Source of the DNA: Candidatus Omnitrophota bacterium
Lineage (GTDB): Bacteria > Omnitrophota > Gorgyraeia > JAFGHF01
Assembly (NCBI GenBank): GCA_016939375.1
Contig: JAFGHF010000012.1
Coordinates: forward strand, 1 to 54,833
Length of the DNA stretch: 54,833 bases
Reading direction: 5' to 3'
A program made the position numbers and the translations under genes. The notes below the pieces were generated by a model. It had not been told where the DNA came from. It worked only from the letters and a program-made list of their open reading frames with translations, and searched no databases. Numbering within the stretch: position 1 is the stretch's first letter; every line of letters starts with the position of its first letter. Below are positions 16,081-25,159 of this stretch, one piece after another.

Positions 16081-17478
16081 TTAATTGAGCGAACCTTGCG
16101 TCACCTGCTCCTGCTTTTCTTCTTGTTTTTGATAAAACATGATCCCTTTAAGCAGATCTACAGCCCGCACCAGCTGGTTGTCGTAAAACCCCTGCTCCTT
16201 CATATATTCCTCCAGCGTGGTCTTGACTTCATTTTTATCATTATCTTCTTCTTTTTCGTCATTATCCTGGTTTACTACTTCCTCAAACACCTTTTCGCTT
16301 TCATCCTCTTGATACATATCCGCTTGCGTCTCGTCAAACTCGACCACCACATCAGGCTCTATGCCCTCTTCATGGATGCACCTTCCGCTGGGGGTAAAAT
16401 ATTTGCTGGTAGTTAAACGCAACGCCGAGCCGTCACCCAAAGGCACTACCGTCTGCACCGAACCCTTGCCAAAGGATTTAGTGCCTAAAAGGATCCCTCT
16501 TTTGTAATCCTGTATGGCTCCAGCTACGATCTCCGAACCGCTGGCGCTACCTTTGCTGATCAAGACGATCATAGGGCATGTACGGTGTTTACCTCTGCCT
16601 CCCGATTTAAAAACCATGTTTTGTCTGCCCATTCTGCCGCGGGTAGAAACTATCACCTGGCCGGCGGGAATAAATTTCTCTGTCACCTTTACGGCCGAAT
16701 CCAAGAGTCCGCCGGGGTTGTTACGCAGGTCCAGGATCATGCTTTTCATATTCTCTTTTTCTAATTTGCGCAAAGCCTCCTCTAGCTCCTGCGGGCTTCT
16801 TTCTTGGAACTCGGATAATCTTATGTATCCGATATCTCCCTCAAAGACTTTTGCCTTGCGGATACTTTTGATCTTGATGATATCCCTGGTGATAGTGAAA
16901 TCCAGAAGCTTGGCTACGCCTTCACGCATTACAGTGATATTAACCTTGGTCCCCGGTTTTCCGCGTAGTTTTTTTACCGCCTCCATCAAGGTGATCTCTT
17001 TGGTCAATTCGTCTTCAATCTTGACTATTTTGTCATCGGCCTTTAAACCCACTTTAAAAGCGGGTGTATCGTCGATAGGCGAGATGATAGTCAAGATTCC
17101 GTCTTTTACGGTGATCTCTATACCTAAACCGCCAAATTCGCCTTCTGTCTCTACCTTTACTTCTTTGTACGCATCTGGGTCCAAAAATTGGCTATAGGGA
17201 TCTAGTGAAGAAAGCATACCTTTAAGCGCTCCGTAGATTAAATCTTTGTATTTCGTGTCCTCGACATAATCGGAACGGATCAGAGTAAGGGCATCGGTAA
17301 ATAATTCGATTTCCTTATAAAAATCGTCCTCTGTCTCTGACACTTTTTCTTCAGCCAGCTCCAATGGACCCATAGACTCCAGCTGCTCCGGCTCATTTTG
17401 ATCGCCGATAATCAACTGAGGACGAAAAATAAACACTATGCCAAAAATGATCAAGCAGACAAGTACAAACTTACGCAT
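16081..17478 (-). CDS. ctpA: Carboxy-terminal processing protease, S41A family
   Basis: LDPYS, GEFGGLGI PDZ domain, DLRNNPGGLL, SASGSEI, GKGSVQ. Confidence 0.95.
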   Translation of the reverse strand: MRKFVLVCLIIFGIVFIFRPQLIIGDQNEPEQLESMGPLELAEEKVSETEDDFYKEIELFTDALTLIRSDYVEDTKYKDLIYGALKGMLSSLDPYSQFLDPDAYKEVKVETEGEFGGLGIEITVKDGILTIISPIDDTPAFKVGLKADDKIVKIEDELTKEITLMEAVKKLRGKPGTKVNITVMREGVAKLLDFTITRDIIKIKSIRKAKVFEGDIGYIRLSEFQERSPQELEEALRKLEKENMKSMILDLRNNPGGLLDSAVKVTEKFIPAGQVIVSTRGRMGRQNMVFKSGGRGKHRTCPMIVLISKGSASGSEIVAGAIQDYKRGILLGTKSFGKGSVQTVVPLGDGSALRLTTSKYFTPSGRCIHEEGIEPDVVVEFDETQADMYQEDESEKVFEEVVNQDNDEKEEDNDKNEVKTTLEEYMKEQGFYDNQLVRAVDLLKGIMFYQKQEEKQEQVTQGSLN

Positions 17479-18919
17479 CTTCTCCCCTTTCCAGTTTTTG
17501 CTTCAACAGTTTATTAACTATTTGCGGATTGGCTTTACCGCGGCTCTTCTTCATGATCTGCCCTACTAAAAATGAAAGGGCATTGGCCTGACCCGCACGA
17601 TAATCGGCCGCGGGCTTAGGGTTATCTCTTATTACCTCCTGTGCCATTTTATCTATTTCACTTGTATCGCTGATCTGGACTAAGCCTTTTTCTTTGACGA
17701 TATCACGGGCCTGCTTTTCGCTTTCTAACATCTCCGGCAGAATCTGCTTGGCCACCTTACCGGAAATAACACCCTCATCCATCAACCTGAAGATCTCTAC
17801 GAAACTTCTAGGCTTGAGCTTAAGATAGCGGACCTCCAGATTCTTTTCTCTGATATAGGCCAATAATTCAGACATTATCCAATTGCTGATCGTCTTTGGT
17901 TTAGAATAAAGCTTTGCACACTCTTCAAAATAGTTGGCCAAATATTTATCAGCGGTCAGGACCCCGGCGTCATATTCAGGGATATTATATTCTTCTACAA
18001 AGCGCTCTTTCTTCTCTTGGGAAAGCTCAGGTAAAGATTCCCCAATCTTCTGGATGTATCCGTCATCTAAAACAAAGGGGACTAAATCCGGTTCAGGAAA
18101 ATAGCGATAATCATGGGCATGTTCTTTGCTGCGCATAGAAATAGTAATTCCTTTTTGTTCATGCCAAAGCCTTGTCTCCTGGACTACTTTTTCTTTGCCC
18201 TCCAATGCCTCGATCTGCCGCTTGGCTTCATATTCAAGAGCTATCTTTACGAAACGAAATGAGTTCATATTTTTAAGCTCGACCTTCTCCCCTAATTCCT
18301 TGGCACCAGCAGGCATCACCGAGATATTGGCGTCACAGCGCAATGAACCCTGTTCCATATTGCAATCGGAGACTTCGAGATATTCTAAAATACCCTTAAG
18401 CCGCGTAAGATATTCATAAGCCTCGTCTGCGGAATTGATATCCGGTTCACTGACGATTTCCAAAAGTGGCGTGCCGGTACGGTTAAAATCGACAAAGCTC
18501 CTTGAGCCACCTTGCTCGTGGATCAGCTTTCCGGCGTCTTCTTCCAAATGCGCGCGTTTGATCCTGATCTTCTTCTCGCCACCTGGGCCAGAGATCATCA
18601 GCCATCCGTCATGCGAAACAGGCAAATCGTATTGAGAGATCTGGAAGTTTTTGGGTAGATCCGGATAAAAATAGTTTTTGCGGTCGAACTTGATAAATTT
18701 AGATATCTGGCAGTTCAAAGCCAGGGCCGCCTTGATCGCTAGTCTCAATGCCTCTTCGTTTAATACCGGCAGGCTCCCCGGAAAACCAAGACAGACAGGA
18801 CAGACCTGTGAATTGGGCTTTCGCCCGAATTCAGTCGAGCAACCACAAAAACATTTGCTCTTAGTGGCCAACTGGACGTGCACTTCTAAGCCGATAACTG
18901 TCTTATATTCTTTGCTCAC
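17471..18919 (-). CDS. gatB: Asp/Glu-tRNA amidotransferase subunit B
   Basis: IGLEVHVQL, RKNYFYPDLPK, HLEEDAGK, RCDANIS, YRYFPEPDL. Likely GTG start at 18919 overlapping the gatA stop. Confidence 0.97.
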   Translation of the reverse strand: MSKEYKTVIGLEVHVQLATKSKCFCGCSTEFGRKPNSQVCPVCLGFPGSLPVLNEEALRLAIKAALALNCQISKFIKFDRKNYFYPDLPKNFQISQYDLPVSHDGWLMISGPGGEKKIRIKRAHLEEDAGKLIHEQGGSRSFVDFNRTGTPLLEIVSEPDINSADEAYEYLTRLKGILEYLEVSDCNMEQGSLRCDANISVMPAGAKELGEKVELKNMNSFRFVKIALEYEAKRQIEALEGKEKVVQETRLWHEQKGITISMRSKEHAHDYRYFPEPDLVPFVLDDGYIQKIGESLPELSQEKKERFVEEYNIPEYDAGVLTADKYLANYFEECAKLYSKPKTISNWIMSELLAYIREKNLEVRYLKLKPRSFVEIFRLMDEGVISGKVAKQILPEMLESEKQARDIVKEKGLVQISDTSEIDKMAQEVIRDNPKPAADYRAGQANALSFLVGQIMKKSRGKANPQIVNKLLKQKLERGEDA

Positions 18920-20364
18920 AGCCTGGGTTTTTCCTTGTGCCATTTTGTATTCTTTTCGAAAGTATAGGCGGTGCGAAATAGCATCTCTTCGTCAAAGGGC
19001 TTGGCGATTATCTGTAAACCTATAGGTAAACCCTCTTGGCTCAATCCGCAAGGGACAGATATCCCCGGCATCCCAGCTAAATTAGCCGAGATGGTAAATA
19101 CATCGGAAAGATACATCGCCAGCGGATCATCTATTTTCTCACCGATCTTAAAGGCAACTGTCGGCGAAGTAGGCGTAATAATGCAATCGACATGGGAAAA
19201 TGCCCGGTCAAAGTCCTCCTTGATTAAACGTCTCACCTTTAAGGCCCTTAAGTAATAGGCATCGTAATATCCGCTAGAGAGCACATATGTACCTAAGATG
19301 ATCCTTCTCTTTGCCTCTTCGCCAAATCCTTCTCCTCTGGTCTTTTTGTACATATCGATCAACGAACGGGGACTAGCGCTTCTGTGGCCGTATTGCACTC
19401 CGTCAAAACGGGCTAGGTTTGAACTTGCTTCGGCGGTGGCCACAATATAATAATCGGCGACAGCGTAATCTGTATGCGTCAAGGATATCTCTTTGACTTG
19501 TGCACCTAGGCCTTTTAATACGTCCAGGGCCTTCTCGACAGCGTCTCTGACCTGAGAATCCAATCCTTCACTAAAATATTCCTTAGGCACACCGATTTTG
19601 ACACCTTGGACATTATCGACTAAAGATTTAGTGTAATCGGGTACCTCTCTATCCACGCAGGTCGAATCCATGATATCGCTACCGGCGATAACGTTTAAAA
19701 GAAGAGCGGCATCGGCCACATCCTTAGTGACCGGACCTATTTGATCCAAAGATGAGGCAAAGGCAATCAATCCGTAGCGAGACACTCTTCCATATGTGGG
19801 CTTAAGCCCCACGACCCCACACAGGCTTGCCGGCTGACGTATTGAACCTCCTGTATCCGAGCCTAAAGCCATCACGGTCTCATCCGCGGCTACGCTGGCA
19901 CAAGAACCTCCGCTTGAGCCTCCGGGTATTCTTTGCAAATCCCAGGGATTGTGAGTAGCACCGTAACAAGAGGTCTCACAAGAAGAGCCAAAGGCAAATT
20001 CGTCCATGTTGGCTTTGGCGAATATGACCGCTCCCGCCTGTTTTAAACGGGAAACCACAGTAGCGTCATAAGGAGGTTTAAAACCCTTCAAAATCCTCGA
20101 TGCACAGGTAGTATCTTGACCCTGAACGCAGATATTATCCTTAATTACTACCGGTATGCCAAAAAGCGGACCGTGCTCTGAGCGTTTTTCCAATTCACGG
20201 CACTGAGTAAATATATCTTCTTTGTCTACCAAACAAAGCGCTTTGACCTTGTTTTCCGTCGCTTCTATTCTGGAGATCAAGGACTCAGCGACTTCTTTAG
20301 GGGAAGTCTTCTTGTCTTCTATTAAATCTTTTATCTGGCGGGCTGTTAGTTTATATAATTCCAT
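18916..20364 (-). CDS. gatA: Asp/Glu-tRNA amidotransferase subunit A
   Basis: IKDN, NMDEFAFGSS, PGGSSGGS, LGSDTGGSIRQPA amidase signature. Confidence 0.97.
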   Translation of the reverse strand: MELYKLTARQIKDLIEDKKTSPKEVAESLISRIEATENKVKALCLVDKEDIFTQCRELEKRSEHGPLFGIPVVIKDNICVQGQDTTCASRILKGFKPPYDATVVSRLKQAGAVIFAKANMDEFAFGSSCETSCYGATHNPWDLQRIPGGSSGGSCASVAADETVMALGSDTGGSIRQPASLCGVVGLKPTYGRVSRYGLIAFASSLDQIGPVTKDVADAALLLNVIAGSDIMDSTCVDREVPDYTKSLVDNVQGVKIGVPKEYFSEGLDSQVRDAVEKALDVLKGLGAQVKEISLTHTDYAVADYYIVATAEASSNLARFDGVQYGHRSASPRSLIDMYKKTRGEGFGEEAKRRIILGTYVLSSGYYDAYYLRALKVRRLIKEDFDRAFSHVDCIITPTSPTVAFKIGEKIDDPLAMYLSDVFTISANLAGMPGISVPCGLSQEGLPIGLQIIAKPFDEEMLFRTAYTFEKNTKWHKEKPRL

Positions 20365-20367
20365 TGC

Positions 20368-20640
20368 TCATTCGATGACCTTGGGCACGCTAAAACTATC
20401 CCCTTCACGAGAAGGGGCATTATTTAAGACCTTATTTAAGGGTAGCGATGGCCGAATTTTGTCTTGGCGAAAAACATTTTTTAAGGGAAGTACGTGGCTG
20501 AGCGGTTGAACCGTGGAAACATCTAGCTCTTTAAGCTTCTCTATGTACGCTAAAATATCACTTAACTGCTTGGAAAGCTTACTCTTCTGCTTATCCGTCA
20601 ATTCCATCCGCGCCAGTTGCGAAACATATTCTATATCCAT
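20368..20640 (-). CDS. gatC: Asp/Glu-tRNA amidotransferase subunit C
   Basis: VSQLARM, ILAYIEKL, NVFRQD, NAP, FSVPKVIE. Confidence 0.95.
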   Translation of the reverse strand: MDIEYVSQLARMELTDKQKSKLSKQLSDILAYIEKLKELDVSTVQPLSHVLPLKNVFRQDKIRPSLPLNKVLNNAPSREGDSFSVPKVIE

Positions 20641-20705
20641 TAGCAATCACCTTAATAAGTATCACTATTATAATATAATAGGCAGCATTATTCTAAGCTT
20701 GATAT

Positions 20706-20734
20706 AAAATAACATAAAAAAAGTAAAAAGTCAA
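20706..20734 (-). promoter_or_regulatory. Putative sigma70 promoter of the gatCAB operon
   Basis: Minus-strand TTGACT (20734-20729), 17 bp, TG-T-TATTTT (20711-20706). Confidence 0.45.
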
Positions 20735-20800
20735 CCAAAATGACTTAACTCTATAAATATCTTTGGGTTGAATAAAAGGCCTTAGGGCGTGAAGGCAGGC

Positions 20801-21196
20801 TTATTGTGATATGAGGACTGAACCTTTCTTGACCTTGCTGGATTCCTGAGACTCATCTTTAGCTTCCTCTTCGGTCTTGGTCATCTGCTCCTCATAGTAT
20901 GTTTCGGATAAGACTTCTTGAAAAGCATATTTTAGACTTACCAACTCTATATCGTTGCCTTTCTTTGTAACCTGGAGTATTACATTATCCCCTACTGCCA
21001 AAAGGGAACTTTTGACGACCTCTGCCAATGTAATGATCTTTGCCCCCTCAACGACTATGTAGCTTCCGTCTTCAGCTATCTCTTCTACTGCACCTCTAAT
21101 TTCTTGTTCGGCCTCTGAAGGCTGAGCTAATCCAAACAGGGCAAAGATCAAAATCAAAGCAAGCTGACACTTCAAAAAGATTCTCAGCGAGAACAT
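20801..21196 (-). CDS. Exported hypothetical protein (OB-fold/DUF5666-like)
   Basis: Signal peptide from ATG 21196; GAVEEI..GSYIVVEG...LAVGDNV pattern; acidic tail. Confidence 0.6.
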   Translation of the reverse strand: MFSLRIFLKCQLALILIFALFGLAQPSEAEQEIRGAVEEIAEDGSYIVVEGAKIITLAEVVKSSLLAVGDNVILQVTKKGNDIELVSLKYAFQEVLSETYYEEQMTKTEEEAKDESQESSKVKKGSVLISQ

Positions 21197-21735
21197 CACT
21201 TCTCTCCTTTTTCTTTGGCAATGAACCTCAATGCCAGGGAATTTATACAATAGCGTTTATTTGTAGGCAGGGGGCCGTCATCAAATAGATGGCCCAAGTG
21301 GGCATCGCACCTGACGCACAAGACTTCCGTGCGTTTCATGAATAGGCTCTTGTCTACTCTAGTATAAATATTTTCTTCTGCCACCGGCCGCCAAAAACTG
21401 GGCCAGCCAGTCCCTGAATCATATTTATCAGAAGAATAAAATAGATCGTTGCCGCAACAGACACATTCATAAATGCCTTCTTCTTTGTTATCCGCGTACT
21501 CTCCGGAACAAGCTATCTCTGTCCCCTTTTCTCTGGTGATGCGGAATTGTTCGGGAGTGAGGACTTCTCTCCACCCTTCATCGGTCTTGATCGCTTTTTC
21601 TACCGTCTCCAAGGTTTTCTTCTCTGCATTATATATCGTGACTGTATTCATCGGCTTTGACTCTTGGGCGATGCCCAGAAAAATGAAGCTGATATAAAAG
21701 GCAAATATTGAAATGACTATTATGTATCTTTTCAT
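21196..21735 (-). CDS. msrB: Peptide-methionine (R)-S-oxide reductase MsrB with signal peptide
   Basis: LTPEQF..TREKGTE, CVCC, SGTGWPSF, RTEV.CVRCDAHLGH.FDDGP, RYCINS. Start at ATG 21735 or TTG 21753. Confidence 0.95.
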   Translation of the reverse strand: MKRYIIVISIFAFYISFIFLGIAQESKPMNTVTIYNAEKKTLETVEKAIKTDEGWREVLTPEQFRITREKGTEIACSGEYADNKEEGIYECVCCGNDLFYSSDKYDSGTGWPSFWRPVAEENIYTRVDKSLFMKRTEVLCVRCDAHLGHLFDDGPLPTNKRYCINSLALRFIAKEKGEK

Positions 21736-21749
21736 TCTCCGGTGGAAGA

Positions 21750-22019
21750 TCAATATTCAAACACCGACTTCGCCATCGACTCCGCTTTCAGACTCTCGCC
21801 CAAACGCTCCAGGGTCCAGACTTCTATTAAGCTTCCGTCAGTCTCGGAATATTTGTATATCTTTCCAGTCTGGGCGTCGAAAAACTTGATTACCCCCTGA
21901 GTAGAGCTAAATTGTAGCCTGTTTGCCGCATCCATCTGCTGCGAAAAAGAGCCTGTCAGAAAAACGCCAAAAACAAAGACAAAGACCAACAAAAATACGA
22001 TGAATTTTCTTTTATGCAT
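21750..22019 (-). CDS. Small exported hypothetical protein
   Basis: RBS, signal peptide, beta-rich FFDAQTGKIYKY. Confidence 0.7.
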   Translation of the reverse strand: MHKRKFIVFLLVFVFVFGVFLTGSFSQQMDAANRLQFSSTQGVIKFFDAQTGKIYKYSETDGSLIEVWTLERLGESLKAESMAKSVFEY

Positions 22020-22037
22020 CTTGCCTCCCTTTGGATA

Positions 22038-22472
22038 CTAAAAAGCTTTAAGCTTCATCAATACCCTTTGCGCCTCAATTGATTTATAATCTTTCTTCTT
22101 GAATAAAACCACTAAATTATGGCTAACGTGGGGGATCAATTTCACATCTTCTAGGCCAGGCGGAGGCACTGCCTTGCTTTCAAACTCCACATATCTTTTT
22201 GCCGAGGCAGCGTCTTTTCTCTCTACAATCATCACCGTGATTCCCTCTACAGTGACATCTACAGTCCGCCCTCCCATTACCTGGGCTATCTTCTTGGTAT
22301 CCCGCGATTCGCTATAGTCGAATACGCTCTGTACGTCAAGACCTTTTGAGTTAAAATAACTTATAAGTTGATCGGGGGTGCGATGTTCCACTCTTTGCCC
22401 GCAACTCGAGATAAAGAAAATAGCTACTAAAAAAAGCAGGATTAACGAGATAGCATCAGCTTTCTTCATCAT
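22038..22472 (-). CDS. Putative lipoprotein
   Basis: Hydrophobic leader ending in the lipobox-like ISSC; RBS GGAGG. Confidence 0.7.
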   Translation of the reverse strand: MMKKADAISLILLFLVAIFFISSCGQRVEHRTPDQLISYFNSKGLDVQSVFDYSESRDTKKIAQVMGGRTVDVTVEGITVMIVERKDAASAKRYVEFESKAVPPPGLEDVKLIPHVSHNLVVLFKKKDYKSIEAQRVLMKLKAF

Positions 22473-22489
22473 ATTACCCTCCCCTGTTT

Positions 22490-22795
22490 TTAGATAATCC
22501 CGCCTATCCGGTAATATTCCCTAAGAGTGCCTATTGCCCAACTAAGCCAGAGTATTAGAAGGTAACTTAAAATTAGCACGATCACAGTGCCGATTATCTT
22601 GGTGTTGCGGTTGTAAAAGGGATTGACCCATAAAAGGATCAACGCCAATGGCCCCAGACAGATAAAGGCCAGATAAAATACATAGGGCTGAAAATACCAC
22701 GGCCTTGGTTCTCTTTTTTGCAAAAACTCACCGCAATATCTACACTTCACCGCCTCATCTTGGATGTATTCTGCGCAAAAAGGACACTTTTTCAC
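22490..22795 (-). CDS. Zinc-ribbon membrane protein
   Basis: KKCPFCAE..QDEAVKCRYCGE followed by two TM segments. Confidence 0.85.
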   Translation of the reverse strand: MKKCPFCAEYIQDEAVKCRYCGEFLQKREPRPWYFQPYVFYLAFICLGPLALILLWVNPFYNRNTKIIGTVIVLILSYLLILWLSWAIGTLREYYRIGGII

Positions 22796-22807
22796 TTAAC
22801 CCCTCGA

Positions 22808-23416
22808 TCACTGCGACACAAAAGCTTCCACTTCATCATAATCAATAGCTTCGGCATAACCAAGCATCTCGGATTCGGAACAATTCCTGGCTTCTATAGC
22901 CACCATCACTTTATTGGCCACTACCGTCTGAATGCTTCCTCTTGAACTATCCTGATCCCACTCCACAACAGCGTTTACCCCTTTGATTTTTTTCACTGTC
23001 CTTCCTGTCTTACCGGCCATGGTCATCATCGCTGGGTTAGACATCATTCCAGATACAAAAGTGATCATAGGGTTATCTGTGGCGATATTGATATCCACGG
23101 AGGCGCTTCCTTTAGCATATCTTCTGTTTGCTGAGATAACGCCTCCAAAAAGCATAGACCCCGCGGCCATGCTCTCCACCTCTTTGGCCTGCCAGCCTTC
23201 TAGGGGCTCAGGGAATAATATCTCTATCTTCTGGGCCTTTAACTGCCGGATCTGTCCTACGGCATATTCCAGAGATTCAACAGCTTTGGAAAACTCTCCC
23301 GCTTTATATGCGGTCAATCCGGCATTGATCTCCTCTTCCACCTCATCTGCCCATATAATAGGACTAATAAGACAAATGACCGATAAACAAATCAGCGTCT
23401 TAAACATCTTATTCAT
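22808..23416 (-). CDS. Exported hypothetical protein
   Basis: Signal peptide, helical N-domain, LFPEPLEGW; overlaps the upstream stop. Confidence 0.75.
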   Translation of the reverse strand: MNKMFKTLICLSVICLISPIIWADEVEEEINAGLTAYKAGEFSKAVESLEYAVGQIRQLKAQKIEILFPEPLEGWQAKEVESMAAGSMLFGGVISANRRYAKGSASVDINIATDNPMITFVSGMMSNPAMMTMAGKTGRTVKKIKGVNAVVEWDQDSSRGSIQTVVANKVMVAIEARNCSESEMLGYAEAIDYDEVEAFVSQ

Positions 23417-23984
23417 CTGTACCCTCCATCATTGCGTCCTCTTCCATTATGCCCTTTTCCATTTCAATAGTCTTTTCCCTTAAGCTCTTGGCTATCTGCT
23501 CGAACTCAGGAATGCTTCTGTCGAAATCGTCTACTTTATCCGAAAAAATAATCGAATAGGCACGGCTTGTCTTTTTGTCTTTATCTTCAAATTCAAATAT
23601 ATAGTGTAAAATACGGGAGGCGGATTTGCTTCCAGTCCTGGCCCATGTCTGACCGGCATTGTATTCAGCAATAAATCTGATGGCCTTCACCTGGTTAACG
23701 CTCACTTCCGTAATAGGTTCCACCATGGTAGCGCGGGCATAGAGAAGATCGATTATATATTGCGCGTAATCCGCTAGCGTGGAGCGCAATTCATCAGACA
23801 TAAATTTGATCTTGGGAAACACCTCCTGGTCATCGATGCTCTTGTTATAATACGTCCCGTGTCTGCTCCAGCCTTCCGGGACATCGATAACATAACCGTC
23901 AAAGGCGATGGTTTCGGCAAAGGCAAAGTAAGATATAAATAAAAAAGACAGTAAGATCAAAGCACATGATCCTCTATTTATCAT
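23409..23984 (-). CDS. Exported hypothetical protein (PsbP/DcrB-like fold possible)
   Basis: Signal peptide (AFA), YVIDVPEGW and C-terminal FEQIAKSL patterns. Confidence 0.6.
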   Translation of the reverse strand: MINRGSCALILLSFLFISYFAFAETIAFDGYVIDVPEGWSRHGTYYNKSIDDQEVFPKIKFMSDELRSTLADYAQYIIDLLYARATMVEPITEVSVNQVKAIRFIAEYNAGQTWARTGSKSASRILHYIFEFEDKDKKTSRAYSIIFSDKVDDFDRSIPEFEQIAKSLREKTIEMEKGIMEEDAMMEGTDE

Positions 23985-24588
23985 TTTCCCCCTCTCCTTG
24001 TTTACCTTTCAAGTTTTCTATACGAGACAATATCCAATCTCTGGCCTCCTGGTCTTCAGCGGCCAGGAACACAAGGGCACGCTCCAAATTACTTAGCGCA
24101 CCCTCTATGTCATTCATCTTCTCTTGTGCCGCGGCTATATTGGCGTAGACCACGGGACTCCCGGGGTCATATTTCAAGGACTTACGGCAACTCTCAAGGG
24201 CTTGCTCATATCTTCCCATCTGGATTAAAAGCCAGCCTTTATTGTTATAAAGAGGTGCGTAAGCCACGGCTGCCTCTATGCCTTGGTCGAAACAATCCAG
24301 TGCCTCTTGCTCATACCCCAACTCAGCCAGACAGATCGCCTTATCATTATAGACCTCTCCGTCTGCGGGGTCAAATTGTATTGCCTTGTCAAAATGCTTA
24401 AGCGCAACATCAAAATCATCCTCAATCAAAGCAAGCTCACCCTGAAAATATTCCATCGGCCCCAAAAGTTCTTTTTGGCGAGCGACAAAAAACCCCTCCC
24501 GGGCCAGTTCCTTTGCCTGCTCTGTTTTATTAAAAGTCAAAGCCTCATTTAAAAGCCTTCTTATCTCTTCGATGCTCCTCGGGTTCAT
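23974..24588 (-). CDS. Tetratricopeptide repeat protein
   Basis: About four TPR units (FDKAIQFDP, YNNKG, YANIA). Confidence 0.9.
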   Translation of the reverse strand: MNPRSIEEIRRLLNEALTFNKTEQAKELAREGFFVARQKELLGPMEYFQGELALIEDDFDVALKHFDKAIQFDPADGEVYNDKAICLAELGYEQEALDCFDQGIEAAVAYAPLYNNKGWLLIQMGRYEQALESCRKSLKYDPGSPVVYANIAAAQEKMNDIEGALSNLERALVFLAAEDQEARDWILSRIENLKGKQGEGENDK

Positions 24589-24611
24589 AGCTGCCGCCTG
24601 TCTGTGCCTAT

Positions 24612-24657
24612 ATTATACCTCATAAGGGCCAAAAAGCCTCAAGAATAATCTTGAGGC
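24612..24657 (-). promoter_or_regulatory. Palindrome GCCTCAAGA-N4-TCTTGAGGC with adjacent TATAAT (copy 1)
   Basis: Perfect 9-bp inverted repeat at 24636-24657 next to an A-run; minus-strand TTGAGG, 19 bp, TATAAT (24617-24612). Confidence 0.65.
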
Positions 24658-24684
24658 AAAATCATACACGATTAAAAAGGATGA

Positions 24685-25065
24685 CTAGTTATCTTGACAT
24701 GCCCCTTCTAAAACCGGCCTTCTTATCCGCTCCCAAATCCTATATCCTATATACATTAACACCGCCGGGGCAAGGATAAAGACTAATCTGATCGCTTTTA
24801 TTGTCAAGGGACGGCCCTCCCTGATATTGGCATACCAATAGGCCCAAGCGATCATCATAATACAATAGCCGGCAAATGCAGGCCCGACCAAATCTGCTTG
24901 AGCCGAATAATAGAAATAAAATAAGGTGAGCACTACAGATAAGCTGAGTAAAAGCCCATATGTCATATTCAGCTTTCTGGTAGTGCAATAGAGGAAGAAG
25001 GCCGCGACCAAAATCCCGCCACTCAAACCTAAAAAAACTTTTCTCTTTCTTGAGCTCTCCATCAA
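24685..25065 (-). CDS. Four-TM hypothetical membrane protein
   Basis: Four hydrophobic segments; own putative promoter upstream. Confidence 0.65.
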   Translation of the reverse strand: MMESSRKRKVFLGLSGGILVAAFFLYCTTRKLNMTYGLLLSLSVVLTLFYFYYSAQADLVGPAFAGYCIMMIAWAYWYANIREGRPLTIKAIRLVFILAPAVLMYIGYRIWERIRRPVLEGACQDN

Positions 25066-25120
25066 ACTGGACCTTAGGTTTCCTGATCTTTCGAGTTTAT
25101 GCTTATGCCGATATAATGAA

Positions 25121-25148
25121 AGTATAACACATTTCCAGTTGCTTGCAA
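25121..25148 (-). promoter_or_regulatory. sigma70-like promoter
   Basis: Minus-strand TTGCAA (25148-25143), 16 bp, TG-T-TATACT (25126-25121). Confidence 0.5.
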
Positions 25149-25159
25149 AGGCTATAAGA

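Noticed and set aside
24650-24690. c-di-GMP-I riboswitch suggested by GGCAAA
   Set aside because: The rest of the GEMM consensus is absent, the GGC is the arm of the palindrome, and it is antisense to the neighbouring genes.
20801-25065. Integron cassette array
   Set aside because: Genes overlap or are under 20 bp apart, leaving no room for attC sites, and no integron integrase is present.
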